From NCBI GenBank assembly GCA_963843645.1, contig CAWJLE010000002.1:189909-253908 (forward strand): a stretch of 64,000 nucleotides of DNA. Reading direction: 5' to 3'. The notes below the pieces were generated by a model, which saw nothing but the letters and a program-made list of their open reading frames with translations, had not been told where the DNA came from and did no database searches. The position numbers were made by a program, and so were the translations under genes. Source of the DNA: an uncultured Chloroflexia bacterium. Lineage in GTDB: Bacteria; Chloroflexota; Anaerolineae; DAOTYC01. Positions 26,045 to 35,951 of the stretch are shown here, piece by piece; position 1 is the stretch's first letter, and each line of letters begins with the position of its first letter.

Positions 26045-27222
26045 ATGAACGCGATCCGTCCCCCAACCCGTCCGCTCCGTATCGCCGCGCTGTTGGCCGC
26101 CGTCCTGATGGCCCTCGCGCCCGCTCGCCCGAGCTTCGTCGCCGCGTCGCAGCCCCTGCCGGACCTCGTCGTCACCGACCTGAAGCTCATGGACGCGGGC
26201 GGCGGCACGGCGCTCGACATCCAGTTCAGTGTCAAAAACCAGGGCACCGCCGATGCTCCGGCCTCGTACGCGGAGATCGACGTGGCCGGACGGGCGATCC
26301 AGAACTACCCGGTCGGCCCGCTCCCCGTCGGCACGTCGCAGGCCGTCGAGCTGAAGACCAGCTACCCCGAAAACAAGGTCAAAGTGACCATCATCGCCGA
26401 CTCGAAGAAGAAGATCGACGAACTGCACGAGAGCAACAACAAATCCAGCGCGCAGTTCGAACCCGCCGCCCGGCCGGACCTGGTCATCGACCGCGTGCAC
26501 ATCGAGCAGACGAAGGTGACGCCGCCGGAGCTGAAGGTGACGATCCGCGTCAAGAACCGGGGCAAAGGCGACGCGGCCGGCCTGACCGTGAAAGCCTGGC
26601 AGCCGGAGATCCCTGAGACGGTCTGGGTCCTGGGTTTCAACACCGGCAAGCCGCTGAAGGGCGGCCATTCGCGGGAGGACTCGTTCACCGCGACGCCCTT
26701 CAACAATCCCGTCACGTTCAAGGCGAAGGTGATCCCCAACCCCGGCGTCAACGATTCGAACCCGAATGACAAGCAGGGCTCCGGCAGCCTCAAGCTGAAG
26801 GCCGGCTCCAAGTCGCCCGATCTCGTCGTTCAGATCAACAAGATCGAGCTCGACCCGTCCATGACCAACGCTCAAGGCAAGCTCTGGGCGTTTACTTTGC
26901 CATCCTCAACACCGGCGGCAAGGACGTGACGTCACCGATTGCGGTCCGGTACCACTTCGCGAACAACTTGCTGCCCGACGTGCAGGACACGATCATCCCG
27001 AACGGCCTCCACGCCGGCGAGGTGACCGACTGGGTCCATCCGCAGGAGCTGGGCGCCACCCCGCAGGATTTCTACGGCACCCAGCTCGTGGTGACTCTCG
27101 ACCCCGGCAACACCATCAGCGAGTCCGACAAGGCCAACAATACCGCCACCGCCACCATTCCGAATCCGATCAGGAAGGTCCCCATCACGAATCCCCTCCC
27201 TACGCTTGAAAACAAGCCGTAG
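26045..27222 (+). pseudogene. secreted CARDB-domain (cell-adhesion-related) repeat protein, frameshift near 26885
   Basis: Signal peptide MNAIRPPTRPLRIAALLAAVLMALA. PDLVV…N.G…ESNN CARDB repeats. Third repeat continues in frame 26926..27222. Confidence 0.65.
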
Positions 27223-27227
27223 GCGGG

Positions 27228-27410
27228 GCGGCAGACCTCTCGAAAACTGTCACCCGAGGAGGACGGCCGTATCGTCCGACGAGGGGTCTCGCGCGCGAGG
27301 GAGGACATTGTCAATCGCACGACTGGGGCGTCCTTGTCGCGCGCGAGACCCTTCGTCGGACGATACGGCCGTCCTCCTCAGGGTGACAGTTTTCGAGAGG
27401 TCTCCCGCCC
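27228..27410. repeat. MITE-like palindromic repeat, family P2 copy
   Basis: …TGTCACCCGAGGAGGACGGCCGTATCGTCCGACGAGGGGTCTCGCGCGCGAGGGAGGACATTGTCAATCGCACGACTGGGG… palindrome. Confidence 0.7.
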
Positions 27411-27522
27411 TTGGACACCCAACGAAAATCAGCTATACTGGTCCCATCAGCGATTGGTTGATTGCGAGCGTGTCGAGCGAGGATGGTTCTTTGGCGATTT
27501 GCGCCGAAAGGAGGCAACCCAC

Positions 27523-28059
27523 ATGTCGGCTTCAGTTCTGGTAGCTTATGCGACGAAATTCGGCTCAACGCAGGAAGTGGCGGAGGCGGTGGCCGCGACA
27601 ATGCGCGAACAGGGGCTCGCGGTCGATCTACAGCCCGTGCACAGCGTGCGCAGCGTCGAGGGTTACGACGCCGTCGTGCTGGGCGCGCCCCTCATCATGT
27701 TTCGCTGGCACAAGGACGCGCGCCGCTTCCTGTCGCGGTACCGTGAGGCTCTGGCGGCGCGGCCGGTGGCGGTGTTCGCCATGGGTCCCGTGAAGAACCC
27801 GAGGGACGAAGACGAGTGGCAGGGTTCCCGCGAACAGCTCGACAAGGCGCTGGTGCAGTTTCCCTGGCTCAAGCCGATAGCCGTGGACGTCTTGGGCGGC
27901 AAGTTCGACCCGACGGCGCTGCGTTTTCCTTACACCCTTCCGGGCAACCCCCTCAAGAAGATGCCGGTGTCCGACTCACGGGATTGGGCGGAGATCGGCG
28001 CGTGGGCCGGCCGCCTGGTCGCGAAGCTCGACGTTTCGGCTGCGGCGCCGAAGGGTTAG
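27523..28059 (+). CDS. flavodoxin-domain protein (HemG/flavodoxin-like)
   Basis: MSASVLVAYATKFGSTQEVAEAVA… with AAAGGAGG RBS. Confidence 0.8.
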   Translation: MSASVLVAYATKFGSTQEVAEAVAATMREQGLAVDLQPVHSVRSVEGYDAVVLGAPLIMFRWHKDARRFLSRYREALAARPVAVFAMGPVKNPRDEDEWQGSREQLDKALVQFPWLKPIAVDVLGGKFDPTALRFPYTLPGNPLKKMPVSDSRDWAEIGAWAGRLVAKLDVSAAAPKG

Positions 28060-28072
28060 TACCCGGTCTGCC

Positions 28073-28939
28073 CTACGCCGTCTTGCGGGCCTCCAGATAC
28101 ATCCACGTCCGGGGAATCGCCGTCAGCCCCTTGGCCTGCAACCGCTTGAAGTAGCCGTCCGCGGCGTCCTGCAAACACCCAATGGCCAGGTCGATGTCGA
28201 CTCCGGGCAGGGCGCCCTTCGCGAAGCCGTCGTAGCCGAAAATCGCGCGGATCGCGTCGATGTCCATATCGACCGTGTGGTGCTCCAGCTTGATGTCACC
28301 GAATCCGGCCTGAGTGGCGATCCGGCAGTAGTCGTCCGCAGAGTAATTCAGCAGATTCACCGGATTGGGGATGTCGTTGTGGTGCCCACGTTCCTTGGCC
28401 AGCTTTCTCGCCGAGGCGACCATGACGCCCCAATGCCGTTCGGAGCCCGGCGGGTACGCGTGCAGCGCCTCGTACGCGCTGTTGAGCAACAGCGTGCCGT
28501 CCTTCTGCAGCAGGCGGTTGGCCTCGCCCAGCGACCGTTCGAGATTGGTCAGGTGCGCGGAGTTCAAAAAGGTGACCAGCTCTTGCGAGCCGCTGGGAAG
28601 AGGGACCTCCTCCACGCTGCCCAGCATGAAGCGCACCGTGATCTCCGTGGGCGATTCGTCGAGGAAATCCGCGAACTTCAACCTCGCTGTGGCCAGGCTT
28701 TCTTCATCTACATCGACCCCATGGACCATCGCGCCGCGCTTGAGTTTGCCGAGCGCAATCAGATGCTCGATCGCCGCGCCTGTGCCCGTCGCGAAGTCCA
28801 CGACGCTTCCCACTTCCGGTGCTCTTTCGAGAAGCTCGCTGTCGATCTTCTCGTAAAACGGCTGCCGGGCAAAGGATTCATATGATCGAGGCGATGCTTC
28901 TACGTGACGAACTCGTCGCTCGCCATCCGGACTACTCAT
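28073..28939 (-). CDS. class I SAM-dependent methyltransferase
   Basis: VVDFATGTGAAIEHLIA…VHGVDVDEE is SAM-binding motif I plus post-I. GGAGG RBS 8 nt before the ATG chosen (MSSPDG…). Confidence 0.8.
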   Translation of the reverse strand: MSSPDGERRVRHVEASPRSYESFARQPFYEKIDSELLERAPEVGSVVDFATGTGAAIEHLIALGKLKRGAMVHGVDVDEESLATARLKFADFLDESPTEITVRFMLGSVEEVPLPSGSQELVTFLNSAHLTNLERSLGEANRLLQKDGTLLLNSAYEALHAYPPGSERHWGVMVASARKLAKERGHHNDIPNPVNLLNYSADDYCRIATQAGFGDIKLEHHTVDMDIDAIRAIFGYDGFAKGALPGVDIDLAIGCLQDAADGYFKRLQAKGLTAIPRTWMYLEARKTA

Positions 28940-29184
28940 GGCACAATCCTCCCATCGTGATACGAGTGTCGAATACACGCAGACTCCGACGGCCGTCTTC
29001 TCCTGTACATTTCGTGTGACGCATTATTTTACCCGCAATTTTCATACAGGCAAATTGGCCTAAGCCGGCCGGTCGAGCGTCTTCATTATGACGCAAATCC
29101 TGTCGCGTGGCGCGCCGCCGTGCTAATCTGGGGGCAGGTATCGGACGACTCAGTTCACTGCCGCGGGCCGGAGGAGGTGGCGCG

Positions 29185-29796
29185 ATGAAATACAGGAACG
29201 CAATGGGAATATTGATCGTGGCGCTCATGGCAGCCGTGTTGTGGCCCGGCGCCGGGCCGGCAGCGGCGCTCGCCGGGCACCGTCACTTCGACAAGCCGGA
29301 ATGGCACGTGGCGATGGATTACCCTTCGGGTTGGACGGCGCGGATGGTCGGCGAGACGCTGCAGTTCAGCCGTCTGACCGGCACGAGTGCACTCGTGTTT
29401 GTGCTGGCCCACGACAAGGCATACCTCGACCCCACGCTGTCCATGGACGACATCTTCGCGGACATCCTGAGCAAGGCCGGCGCGCAGATGGCCTTCCAGA
29501 CCCAGCCCGCTCCATCGCGCACGATCTCAGGCGCCCCGGCGCGTGTGGCGACCTTCGCCGCGGTAGGGACGCTGCTCCCCGCGGCGGGCGGGTACGTGTA
29601 CCAGTTCTCGGTCGGCTCCGACGGCTTCGGCGCGCTGGCGTCGGTGCCGCCCGGCTCGTGGCAGCTCCACCAGGCGGACTTCGACGTGATCCTGAACAGC
29701 ATCGTCGTATCGCCGAGCGGCACGCCGTCCGCGCCGAAGCCCGCACCGAAAGCCACGCCGGCCAATTCGGGCGCCGTTGCGCCCCCGCCCCAGTAA
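29185..29796 (+). CDS. secreted hypothetical protein
   Basis: MKYRNAMGILIVALMAAVLWPGAGPAAALA signal peptide. Pro/Ala-rich C-terminus. Confidence 0.6.
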   Translation: MKYRNAMGILIVALMAAVLWPGAGPAAALAGHRHFDKPEWHVAMDYPSGWTARMVGETLQFSRLTGTSALVFVLAHDKAYLDPTLSMDDIFADILSKAGAQMAFQTQPAPSRTISGAPARVATFAAVGTLLPAAGGYVYQFSVGSDGFGALASVPPGSWQLHQADFDVILNSIVVSPSGTPSAPKPAPKATPANSGAVAPPPQ

Positions 29797-29832
29797 GGAC
29801 GGCAGACCTCTCTCAAGAACAGGGCAATCGCA

Positions 29833-29975
29833 TCTTAGCCGGGCCCGCCCGGCGATAAAGTCGCCGGGCTATACGACAGCGTCCGATGAATCGGACTTCA
29901 GAGCAGCCAGAAGTCCGATTCATCGGACGCTGTCATGTAGCCCGGCGACTTTATCGCCGGGCGGGCCGGCTAAGA
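29833..29975. repeat. palindromic repeat, family P5 (…CGCCGGGCTA(T/C)ACAACAGCGTCCGATGAATCGGACTT…); second copy at 24905-25030
   Basis: Both copies read directly. Near-perfect hairpin. Confidence 0.7.
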
Positions 29976-29995
29976 TGCGATTGCCCTGCCCAACA

Positions 29996-30076
29996 GAAAT
30001 TCCCTCTTGAATCTGGAGGGATTTCGGAGTATACTTTACGTACAAGCCAACGATTGTAGCGAAATCAATTCGGCCC
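29996..30076 (+). promoter_or_regulatory. conserved promoter plus structured leader, copy 2 (TTGAAT-17-TATACT)
   Basis: cttgaatctggagggatttcggagtatact…aagccaacgattgtagcgaaatc is near-identical to 7722-7800. Lies ~160 nt upstream of gene 30238. Confidence 0.45.
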
Positions 30077-30237
30077 GACGGCGTCAGCAGCCGTGAGGGC
30101 CATGCGTCCACATTCAAGTGCGTCGAGTCTGAGCTGAAACCCCCAGCCCAAGTCCCCCGGCCAGGCGGGTTTCACTGTTCTCACCGTGGCGTCATCGCCT
30201 GACCGCCTCATCTCAATATGCGACGAAGGAGCCTGCC

Positions 30238-30924
30238 ATGTCCAGCAAAGTCGGTGCCGTCCTCCTGGTCCTCATCCTGTTGGCCTCGTTCATCGGCCCA
30301 TCGAGCGCGCACGCCTGCACTCCGGGCATGTCCTTCATCGCCGACGTGACGATCCCGGATGGGACGCACCTCCCGGCGGGCCAGGCTTTCGACAAGGTCT
30401 GGCGGCTGAAGAACAAGGGCACCTGCGACTGGTCTCCGCGCTACGCGATGACCTACGTGGGCGGGCAGCGGCTCACCGTGGCGGACAGCTTCCCGATCGA
30501 GCGTGAGGTCCCCGCCGGCAGCACCGTGGACCTGACGGTCAAGATGCAGACGCCGCTGGACGTCGGGACGACGGAAAGCATGTGGGCGCTGATCGACGAC
30601 GCGGGCCTGGGCGTGCATCCCCACATCGGCGAGATGATCTTCGTGCGGATCGTCGTCGACGAAGGCGACCCCGATGCCCCGGCGGTCTCCATCGACGGCC
30701 CGGTCCTGACCCCCGACCAGCCGAACGCCGTCTGGCTGTGGGGCGCGCCGAACGCGGACCACGCTGAGGGCGACGTGCTGCCCGCCGGGCGCTACCACAT
30801 TCTCGGGACCGAGCAAGACGGCGCGTGGACGCAGATCGAATTCGGCAGCCGCACGCCGTGGGTCTTCACCGGCCCCGATTCGGGCACGCACACTATCCCG
30901 GCGGCCGCTCCCACGTCCCAGTAG
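30238..30924 (+). CDS. secreted protein with NBR1-type Ig-like domain
   Basis: Signal peptide. …FDKVWRLKNKGTCDWSPRYAMTYVGGQRL… is the NBR1-like Ig motif. Confidence 0.7.
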   Translation: MSSKVGAVLLVLILLASFIGPSSAHACTPGMSFIADVTIPDGTHLPAGQAFDKVWRLKNKGTCDWSPRYAMTYVGGQRLTVADSFPIEREVPAGSTVDLTVKMQTPLDVGTTESMWALIDDAGLGVHPHIGEMIFVRIVVDEGDPDAPAVSIDGPVLTPDQPNAVWLWGAPNADHAEGDVLPAGRYHILGTEQDGAWTQIEFGSRTPWVFTGPDSGTHTIPAAAPTSQ

Positions 30925-30976
30925 CGACGCGAGCCTGAGGCGTGGTGTAAGGCATGCGCCTCACTGACGAGGAAGG

Positions 30977-33013
30977 ATGCAAGCGAACATGACAACGGAT
31001 CTGGGTTCATCGTTGGATATCGGTCAGCTGGCCTCCGGCTCGCTGTGGTTGGTGCTGGTACTACTCCTGCTGGTGCTGATCTTGCCCTCCATCCAAACTA
31101 TCGGACCCACCCAGGTGGGCCTGCTCACCAAGCGATTTTCGTTCAAGAAGTTGAAGGAAGGCAACGTGATCGCCTTCAGGGGCGAGGCCGGGTACCAGGA
31201 AGCTCTGCTCATGCCCGGCTGGCGCTTCGTGTTCTGGCCGAGCTACATCTGCACCAAATACCCCTGGGTGCAGGTGCCGGTCGGGCAGGTGGGCGTCGTG
31301 ATCAGCCAGGTCGGAGAGACGCTTCCGGTCGGCGCCAAGTCGGCCGTTTATAAGGATGTGTTTGGCGATTTCCGGAACCTGCGCACGTTCATCGAGAACG
31401 GGGGGCAAAAAGGCGTCCAACGCCCGGTGCTGCCGCCCGGCGCCACCGTCCCCATGCACCCCATCGGCTTCCTGGTCATCACCCAAAATCAGGTCTACGG
31501 CCACCCGATGCAACCGGAGTTGGAAGCTGCGTACCGCCGGCGGACCCTGTCGTGCTCGGATTTTGGCCTCGACCCCGCACAGCTGAACGTGGTCCGGATC
31601 GAACCAACTCTGACCGACTCCGGGCTGATTCAGGACATGGTGGGCATCGTCACCACGCTGGAAGGGCCGCCCCTCGATGAGGGGGACATCGCCTGCCGGC
31701 TCGGCGGCTACACCGACCTCACGGAGCTGGAGGAGGACTCAGGGCTTCCCGACACTCAGATCATCGAGCGCCTGTTCGGCAGCAAGAACGACCTGCACGG
31801 GTCTTACCAGAACTTTCAGGCGTTCCTGGATGCGGGCGGCAAGATGGGCCTGCAGCACGACCCGATACTGTACGGCGCCTACACGCTCAACCCCTTCCTG
31901 GTCAACGTCCAACTCGTGCCGATGCTGGTCGTCCAGCAGGGCGAGGTGGCAGTCATCAAGTCCTACGTAGGCCTGGAGACCAAAGACACCTCGGGCGCGG
32001 AGTTCAAGTTCGGCTCCCTGGTGCGGCCCGGGCACCGTGGCATCTGGCAGGAGCCGCTGCGCACCGGCAAGTATCCGCTGAATCCTCGCATCTACGCGGC
32101 CGAAATGGTCCCGACCGCCATCCTGACGCTCAGCTGGGCCAGCTACAGCTCCAAGGCCCACGATCTCGACCGGGAGCTGGAGTCGATCATCGCCAAGAGC
32201 CGCGAGGGTTTCGTCTACAAACTCGATCTGCAGGTCCTCATCCACATCGCCGATACCATGGCCAGCCGGGTCATCTCGATGGTGGGCACCATGAGGAACC
32301 TGGTCGACGAGGTGCTCCAATCGGCGGTCGGCAACCACTTCCGCAACAGAGTCCAGTCCATGCCCGCAGTGCAGTTCATCGAGAACCGGCAGTCGGTCCA
32401 GGTGGAGGCCACCGAGCACATCGTCCAGCAATTGGCCCAATACTACGTCGAAGTGAGGGGCGTTTACATCCAGGACGTGAACCTGCCCGAGGCGCTGGTC
32501 ACCGTCCTGACTCAGCGCGAAATCGCTCATCAGGACATCGAGACCTTCAACATGCAGCGCCAGGCCGAGGAGGGACGCATCCAGAAGGAGCAGGCCAAGG
32601 GCCAGGCCGACAAGCAGGGCGAGCTGGCGGCCTCAGTGGTCAATATCCAGATCAAGCAGAACGACGCCCAGGCCCGCACCGCCGAAGCGAAGGGCGAGGC
32701 GACGTACATCTCCGAGACGGGTGCGGCCAAGGCCGTCGAAGTGAGAGCCACCGGCGTCGCGCGGGCCGAAGCCTACCGGCTGCAGGTCGAGGCGCTCGGC
32801 CAGGGTCCGACCGCCTGGGTCAACGCCATCAACGCGCTGGCCGAGCACAACGTCAAGATCGTGCCCGAGGTGCTGGTCGCCGGGGGCGGCGACGCCTTCA
32901 GCGCCCTCGCCGCCGCCTTCACCCAGAAGCTCCGCGCGGAGCAGAAGGGGGAGATGGTGGAGGTGGTGGAGGCAGAGGAAGAGCCCGGAGAGGAGCCGGC
33001 AGAGGGCGTTTGA
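30977..33013 (+). CDS. SPFH/band-7 (flotillin-like) membrane protein
   Basis: N-terminal TM helix, SPFH core, long Ala/Glu/Gln coiled-coil C-terminus (…EAKGEATYISETGAAKAVEVRATGVARAEAYRLQVEALGQG…). Confidence 0.8.
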   Translation: MQANMTTDLGSSLDIGQLASGSLWLVLVLLLLVLILPSIQTIGPTQVGLLTKRFSFKKLKEGNVIAFRGEAGYQEALLMPGWRFVFWPSYICTKYPWVQVPVGQVGVVISQVGETLPVGAKSAVYKDVFGDFRNLRTFIENGGQKGVQRPVLPPGATVPMHPIGFLVITQNQVYGHPMQPELEAAYRRRTLSCSDFGLDPAQLNVVRIEPTLTDSGLIQDMVGIVTTLEGPPLDEGDIACRLGGYTDLTELEEDSGLPDTQIIERLFGSKNDLHGSYQNFQAFLDAGGKMGLQHDPILYGAYTLNPFLVNVQLVPMLVVQQGEVAVIKSYVGLETKDTSGAEFKFGSLVRPGHRGIWQEPLRTGKYPLNPRIYAAEMVPTAILTLSWASYSSKAHDLDRELESIIAKSREGFVYKLDLQVLIHIADTMASRVISMVGTMRNLVDEVLQSAVGNHFRNRVQSMPAVQFIENRQSVQVEATEHIVQQLAQYYVEVRGVYIQDVNLPEALVTVLTQREIAHQDIETFNMQRQAEEGRIQKEQAKGQADKQGELAASVVNIQIKQNDAQARTAEAKGEATYISETGAAKAVEVRATGVARAEAYRLQVEALGQGPTAWVNAINALAEHNVKIVPEVLVAGGGDAFSALAAAFTQKLRAEQKGEMVEVVEAEEEPGEEPAEGV

Positions 33014-33193
33014 CTGGGATCGAGACGCCACAGGCCGGGGGCTTTCCCTGCACCGGCTGCATCTTGTGGGAGGTGAGCGCGGGGTGGTCGACGCCGACGA
33101 CGATTGAGCGTCGGCGGCGTCACGAAAATTCCGTTACATAACGTAGCTCGTCGAATGAAGCAGGATGCATCAGCGAAGACACGGAGGTGACCG

Positions 33194-34387
33194 ATGAGGA
33201 TCCGTTTTCGCTTCGCGGCGTTGGCATTCGGGTGCTTCTTGGCTCTATCCGTGGCGTGGGTGGGGGCGGCGCCTCCCGCGGGCAGCACGGCCCAGCAGGT
33301 GTCCGCCGCGCGGGGCGGCGTGGTCGTGTCGCCCTCCGGCCGCCTCGTGCTGACCATCCCGGCGGGCGCGCTGGCCGCAGACACGACTGTCTTCGTTGCG
33401 GAGACCGCGCCCGGCGAGGACCTCTTCGTCGGCCCCACCTTCGTTCTGCAGCCGGACGGGCTACAGTTCCGACAACCCGCCGGGCTCACGATCCGCTACG
33501 CGCCCGCTGACCTTCCGGCCGGCTACGAGCCTGACGACGTGGCGATCACCGAGGTGAACCCGGAGGGGAAGGGGACGGCCGCTGCCGCGCCGCCGGGCGG
33601 AGATATTCTGGCGACCGGCGGCTGGCAGTACCTGGACAGCGACGTCGACGCGGACGCGGGGACCGTCTCCGGCGAGATCAGCCACTTCTCGCGCTACTCG
33701 CTGCGCGCAATCGCCGGCTACCGTCTCGGTACAGGCATGACGACCCTCAAGGGCCCTTTCGACTACGGCATCAAGTACGCCGACGAGACGGGGGCCGGGG
33801 CGGCGAAGGCAAACTGGGGCAAAGTGGGCGAGGTCTTCGAAGACGTGGCGGTAACGTTCGGCTCCGAGGGGCTGGCCATGGCGCACGTCGAGATCGCAAA
33901 GTGGTTCCGGGTAAAGCCCGGCAAAACGGGGCAGCGCTCCAGCGACCAGGTCTACATCACCGGGGGCGTCGAGCACAACGCGCTGTTCGTCGGCGGTACG
34001 AACCAATACATCATCACCCTGGGCTTCGTCCTGGCCGACGCGGCCGCGCAGCCCATCGGCACGCCGGAGATCACGAGCATCTTGCCGCCGAAGGGTGGGC
34101 GCTTCACCTCGCAGGGTGTGCTGAACCAGGTCTATTTCCACGACCCGATGATGCCCAACCTGACCCAGTTCCCGGCTGGGCCGCCGTACGAAGTGGAGCA
34201 CCTCAAGGTGACGTTCAAGAATTGCCGCCTCGTCGCCGGGCGTATCTATGGGCTGACGACGAGCGTGACGACGTCCGTGGCGGGACGCGCCGCGCAGCCG
34301 CACGTGGACCCGACCGGCGGGGGCGTGCGATTCTACGGGCCGTTCCCAGGGAAGTGCATGATCGACCTGCCCTACGTGGACGAATAG
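33194..34387 (+). CDS. secreted hypothetical protein
   Basis: Signal peptide MRIRFRFAALAFGCFLALSVAWVGA. No recognisable motif. Confidence 0.6.
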   Translation: MRIRFRFAALAFGCFLALSVAWVGAAPPAGSTAQQVSAARGGVVVSPSGRLVLTIPAGALAADTTVFVAETAPGEDLFVGPTFVLQPDGLQFRQPAGLTIRYAPADLPAGYEPDDVAITEVNPEGKGTAAAAPPGGDILATGGWQYLDSDVDADAGTVSGEISHFSRYSLRAIAGYRLGTGMTTLKGPFDYGIKYADETGAGAAKANWGKVGEVFEDVAVTFGSEGLAMAHVEIAKWFRVKPGKTGQRSSDQVYITGGVEHNALFVGGTNQYIITLGFVLADAAAQPIGTPEITSILPPKGGRFTSQGVLNQVYFHDPMMPNLTQFPAGPPYEVEHLKVTFKNCRLVAGRIYGLTTSVTTSVAGRAAQPHVDPTGGGVRFYGPFPGKCMIDLPYVDE

Positions 34388-34426
34388 CCGAACCGCCGCG
34401 CCGGTCCGGGTGGCGCACGCAAGAAA

Positions 34427-34457
34427 CCTCCCTTCTCGCACACCCGGAGAAGGGAGG
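34427..34457. terminator. bidirectional terminator hairpin between convergent genes (CCTCCCTTCTC-n9-GAGAAGGGAGG)
   Basis: 11-bp perfect stem read directly. Confidence 0.5.
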
Positions 34458-34495
34458 GGACTGCATTTCTTCCATTTTCGAGAGCACCAGCCGCG

Positions 34496-35101
34496 TTACT
34501 GGCTCTGCAGCTTGCCGCCGCCCCGGTTGATGTTGGGCATGGCTCCGCCGCCGCCCGGCGCGAAGCGGGCTGACTCACAGACGAGCTGGAACTTCTCCCA
34601 GGTGTTGACGTGCGTCGCATCCGAGTGCATGGTCTCCGGGACTTCCGTGCCGTGGCCGCCGCCTCCGGTCGCGGTCAGGTAGTGCCCGTTCACCGTCTTG
34701 ATGTCGTACCACCCATACCCCAGGGATTCGAATACGAACTGCTCCCAGGCGTTCGGCTGAGTCGCATCGGAGTGAATGACGTCGGAGATGCGCCCGCCGC
34801 CGTCCACCGCGGTGAGGTAGTGCCCGTTGGCGGTCTTGATGCCGTACGTGATGACCGGCGTCCCCAGATCCAGGTCCTCCAGCGTGAACTTCTCCCAGCT
34901 TCTGGCTTGTGTCGCGTTCGTGTGGATGACGTCTTTGATCCGCCCTCCGCCGCCGACTGCGGTGAGGAAGTGCCCGTTGTAGGTCTGGATCGCGCAGACG
35001 ACGGGCCCGTTTTTGGCGGAAACAGTAGCGGCCGGGACGACGACAGCGCCCAGCATAACGGCGATCAGCAGCAACGAACCGGTTACCCAAAACGTTTTCA
35101 T
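34496..35101 (-). CDS. secreted β-trefoil protein with three (N/R)xWE(K/Q)F repeats (ricin-B/fascin-like)
   Basis: Signal peptide. Three ~45-aa repeats NGH(Y/F)LTAV.GGGRI.DVIH.(D/N)AT..N.WE.F resemble a QxW trefoil. Confidence 0.55.
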   Translation of the reverse strand: MKTFWVTGSLLLIAVMLGAVVVPAATVSAKNGPVVCAIQTYNGHFLTAVGGGGRIKDVIHTNATQARSWEKFTLEDLDLGTPVITYGIKTANGHYLTAVDGGGRISDVIHSDATQPNAWEQFVFESLGYGWYDIKTVNGHYLTATGGGGHGTEVPETMHSDATHVNTWEKFQLVCESARFAPGGGGAMPNINRGGGKLQSQ

Positions 35102-35319
35102 GGTTCGAGATCCTCCAAATGCGGCTGCCCCTGCTCTTTCGGTCGCTGATGGTCCTCAGAATAATGAAGCACCCGCGGTGACTATGGCCGACTATACCGG
35201 AAGAACGCTAAATCCCGACGCCTGCGCTGAGTGTTGTTATATTCGCACATAAATAGAGTGTACGTGAAGAGCTCCGGGGAGTGTATGATGCAGGTCATGA
35301 GGTGGCGGGCTGGCGGGGT

Positions 35320-35931
35320 TCATTCACACAGCTCTCGCAGGCCGCGCACAAACACCTGGAAGCTCTTCGACTGGTTCCGATCCGGGTTCATGTGCGGGGC
35401 GATCCGCCGGGCAGCGGAAATCTTGGCGAGGCCGCTGCGATGATACCCGGCCCGTTGGAGTTCCCGCTCCAGGGCGTCACTCGTCTTGCCGGCGATCTGA
35501 TCGGAGTTGCGGTATTTTGCCCGCCTTGCCAGGTTGACCGGAACTCCGGGGTAGGCAGCGTGCAGGGCTTCCACATCTCCAAAGAACCAGGCCTCCAGCT
35601 CCTTGACCGCCAGCCGGTTCAAGACCTGAACGTGCGAGCTGAACAGAGAGGTCGACCGGGTCGCCAACCGCGCGCGGTGCGCCATTTCTTCCAACGATGC
35701 CTTCAAATCACGGCAATCGCCCTCGTCCGCGTCGAGCAGGACCACGATCCGCCAATCGTCAGGCAGCCAGTTGTGATATGCTCTGAGGAGCCCCGGCAGC
35801 TTCGAGAGGAGGTCGTCCTTGCCCTGATGGGGGTGGATGGCGAACGTGACGGCCGCTCCCACGACCTTGGGCACCAGTATCTGCAGCGCTGCTTCAGACG
35901 AGGACTCTTCCACCAAGAATTCGATGTGCAT
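35320..35931 (-). CDS. DUF4276-family protein (Toprim-like; partner of the upstream AAA_21 ATPase)
   Basis: MHIEFLVEESSSEA…IVVLLDADEGDC…LEAWFFGD carry the conserved E…E, D-x-D and E-A-W motifs recalled for DUF4276. Lower GC (~60%). Confidence 0.7.
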   Translation of the reverse strand: MHIEFLVEESSSEAALQILVPKVVGAAVTFAIHPHQGKDDLLSKLPGLLRAYHNWLPDDWRIVVLLDADEGDCRDLKASLEEMAHRARLATRSTSLFSSHVQVLNRLAVKELEAWFFGDVEALHAAYPGVPVNLARRAKYRNSDQIAGKTSDALERELQRAGYHRSGLAKISAARRIAPHMNPDRNQSKSFQVFVRGLRELCE

Positions 35932-35951
35932 CGGGGCCGTCTTCCTTGGGC

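Noticed and set aside
25835-26875. 346-aa minus-strand ORF opposite the CARDB gene
   Set aside because: The plus strand carries recognisable CARDB repeats and a signal peptide. The minus-strand ORF is a GC artefact.
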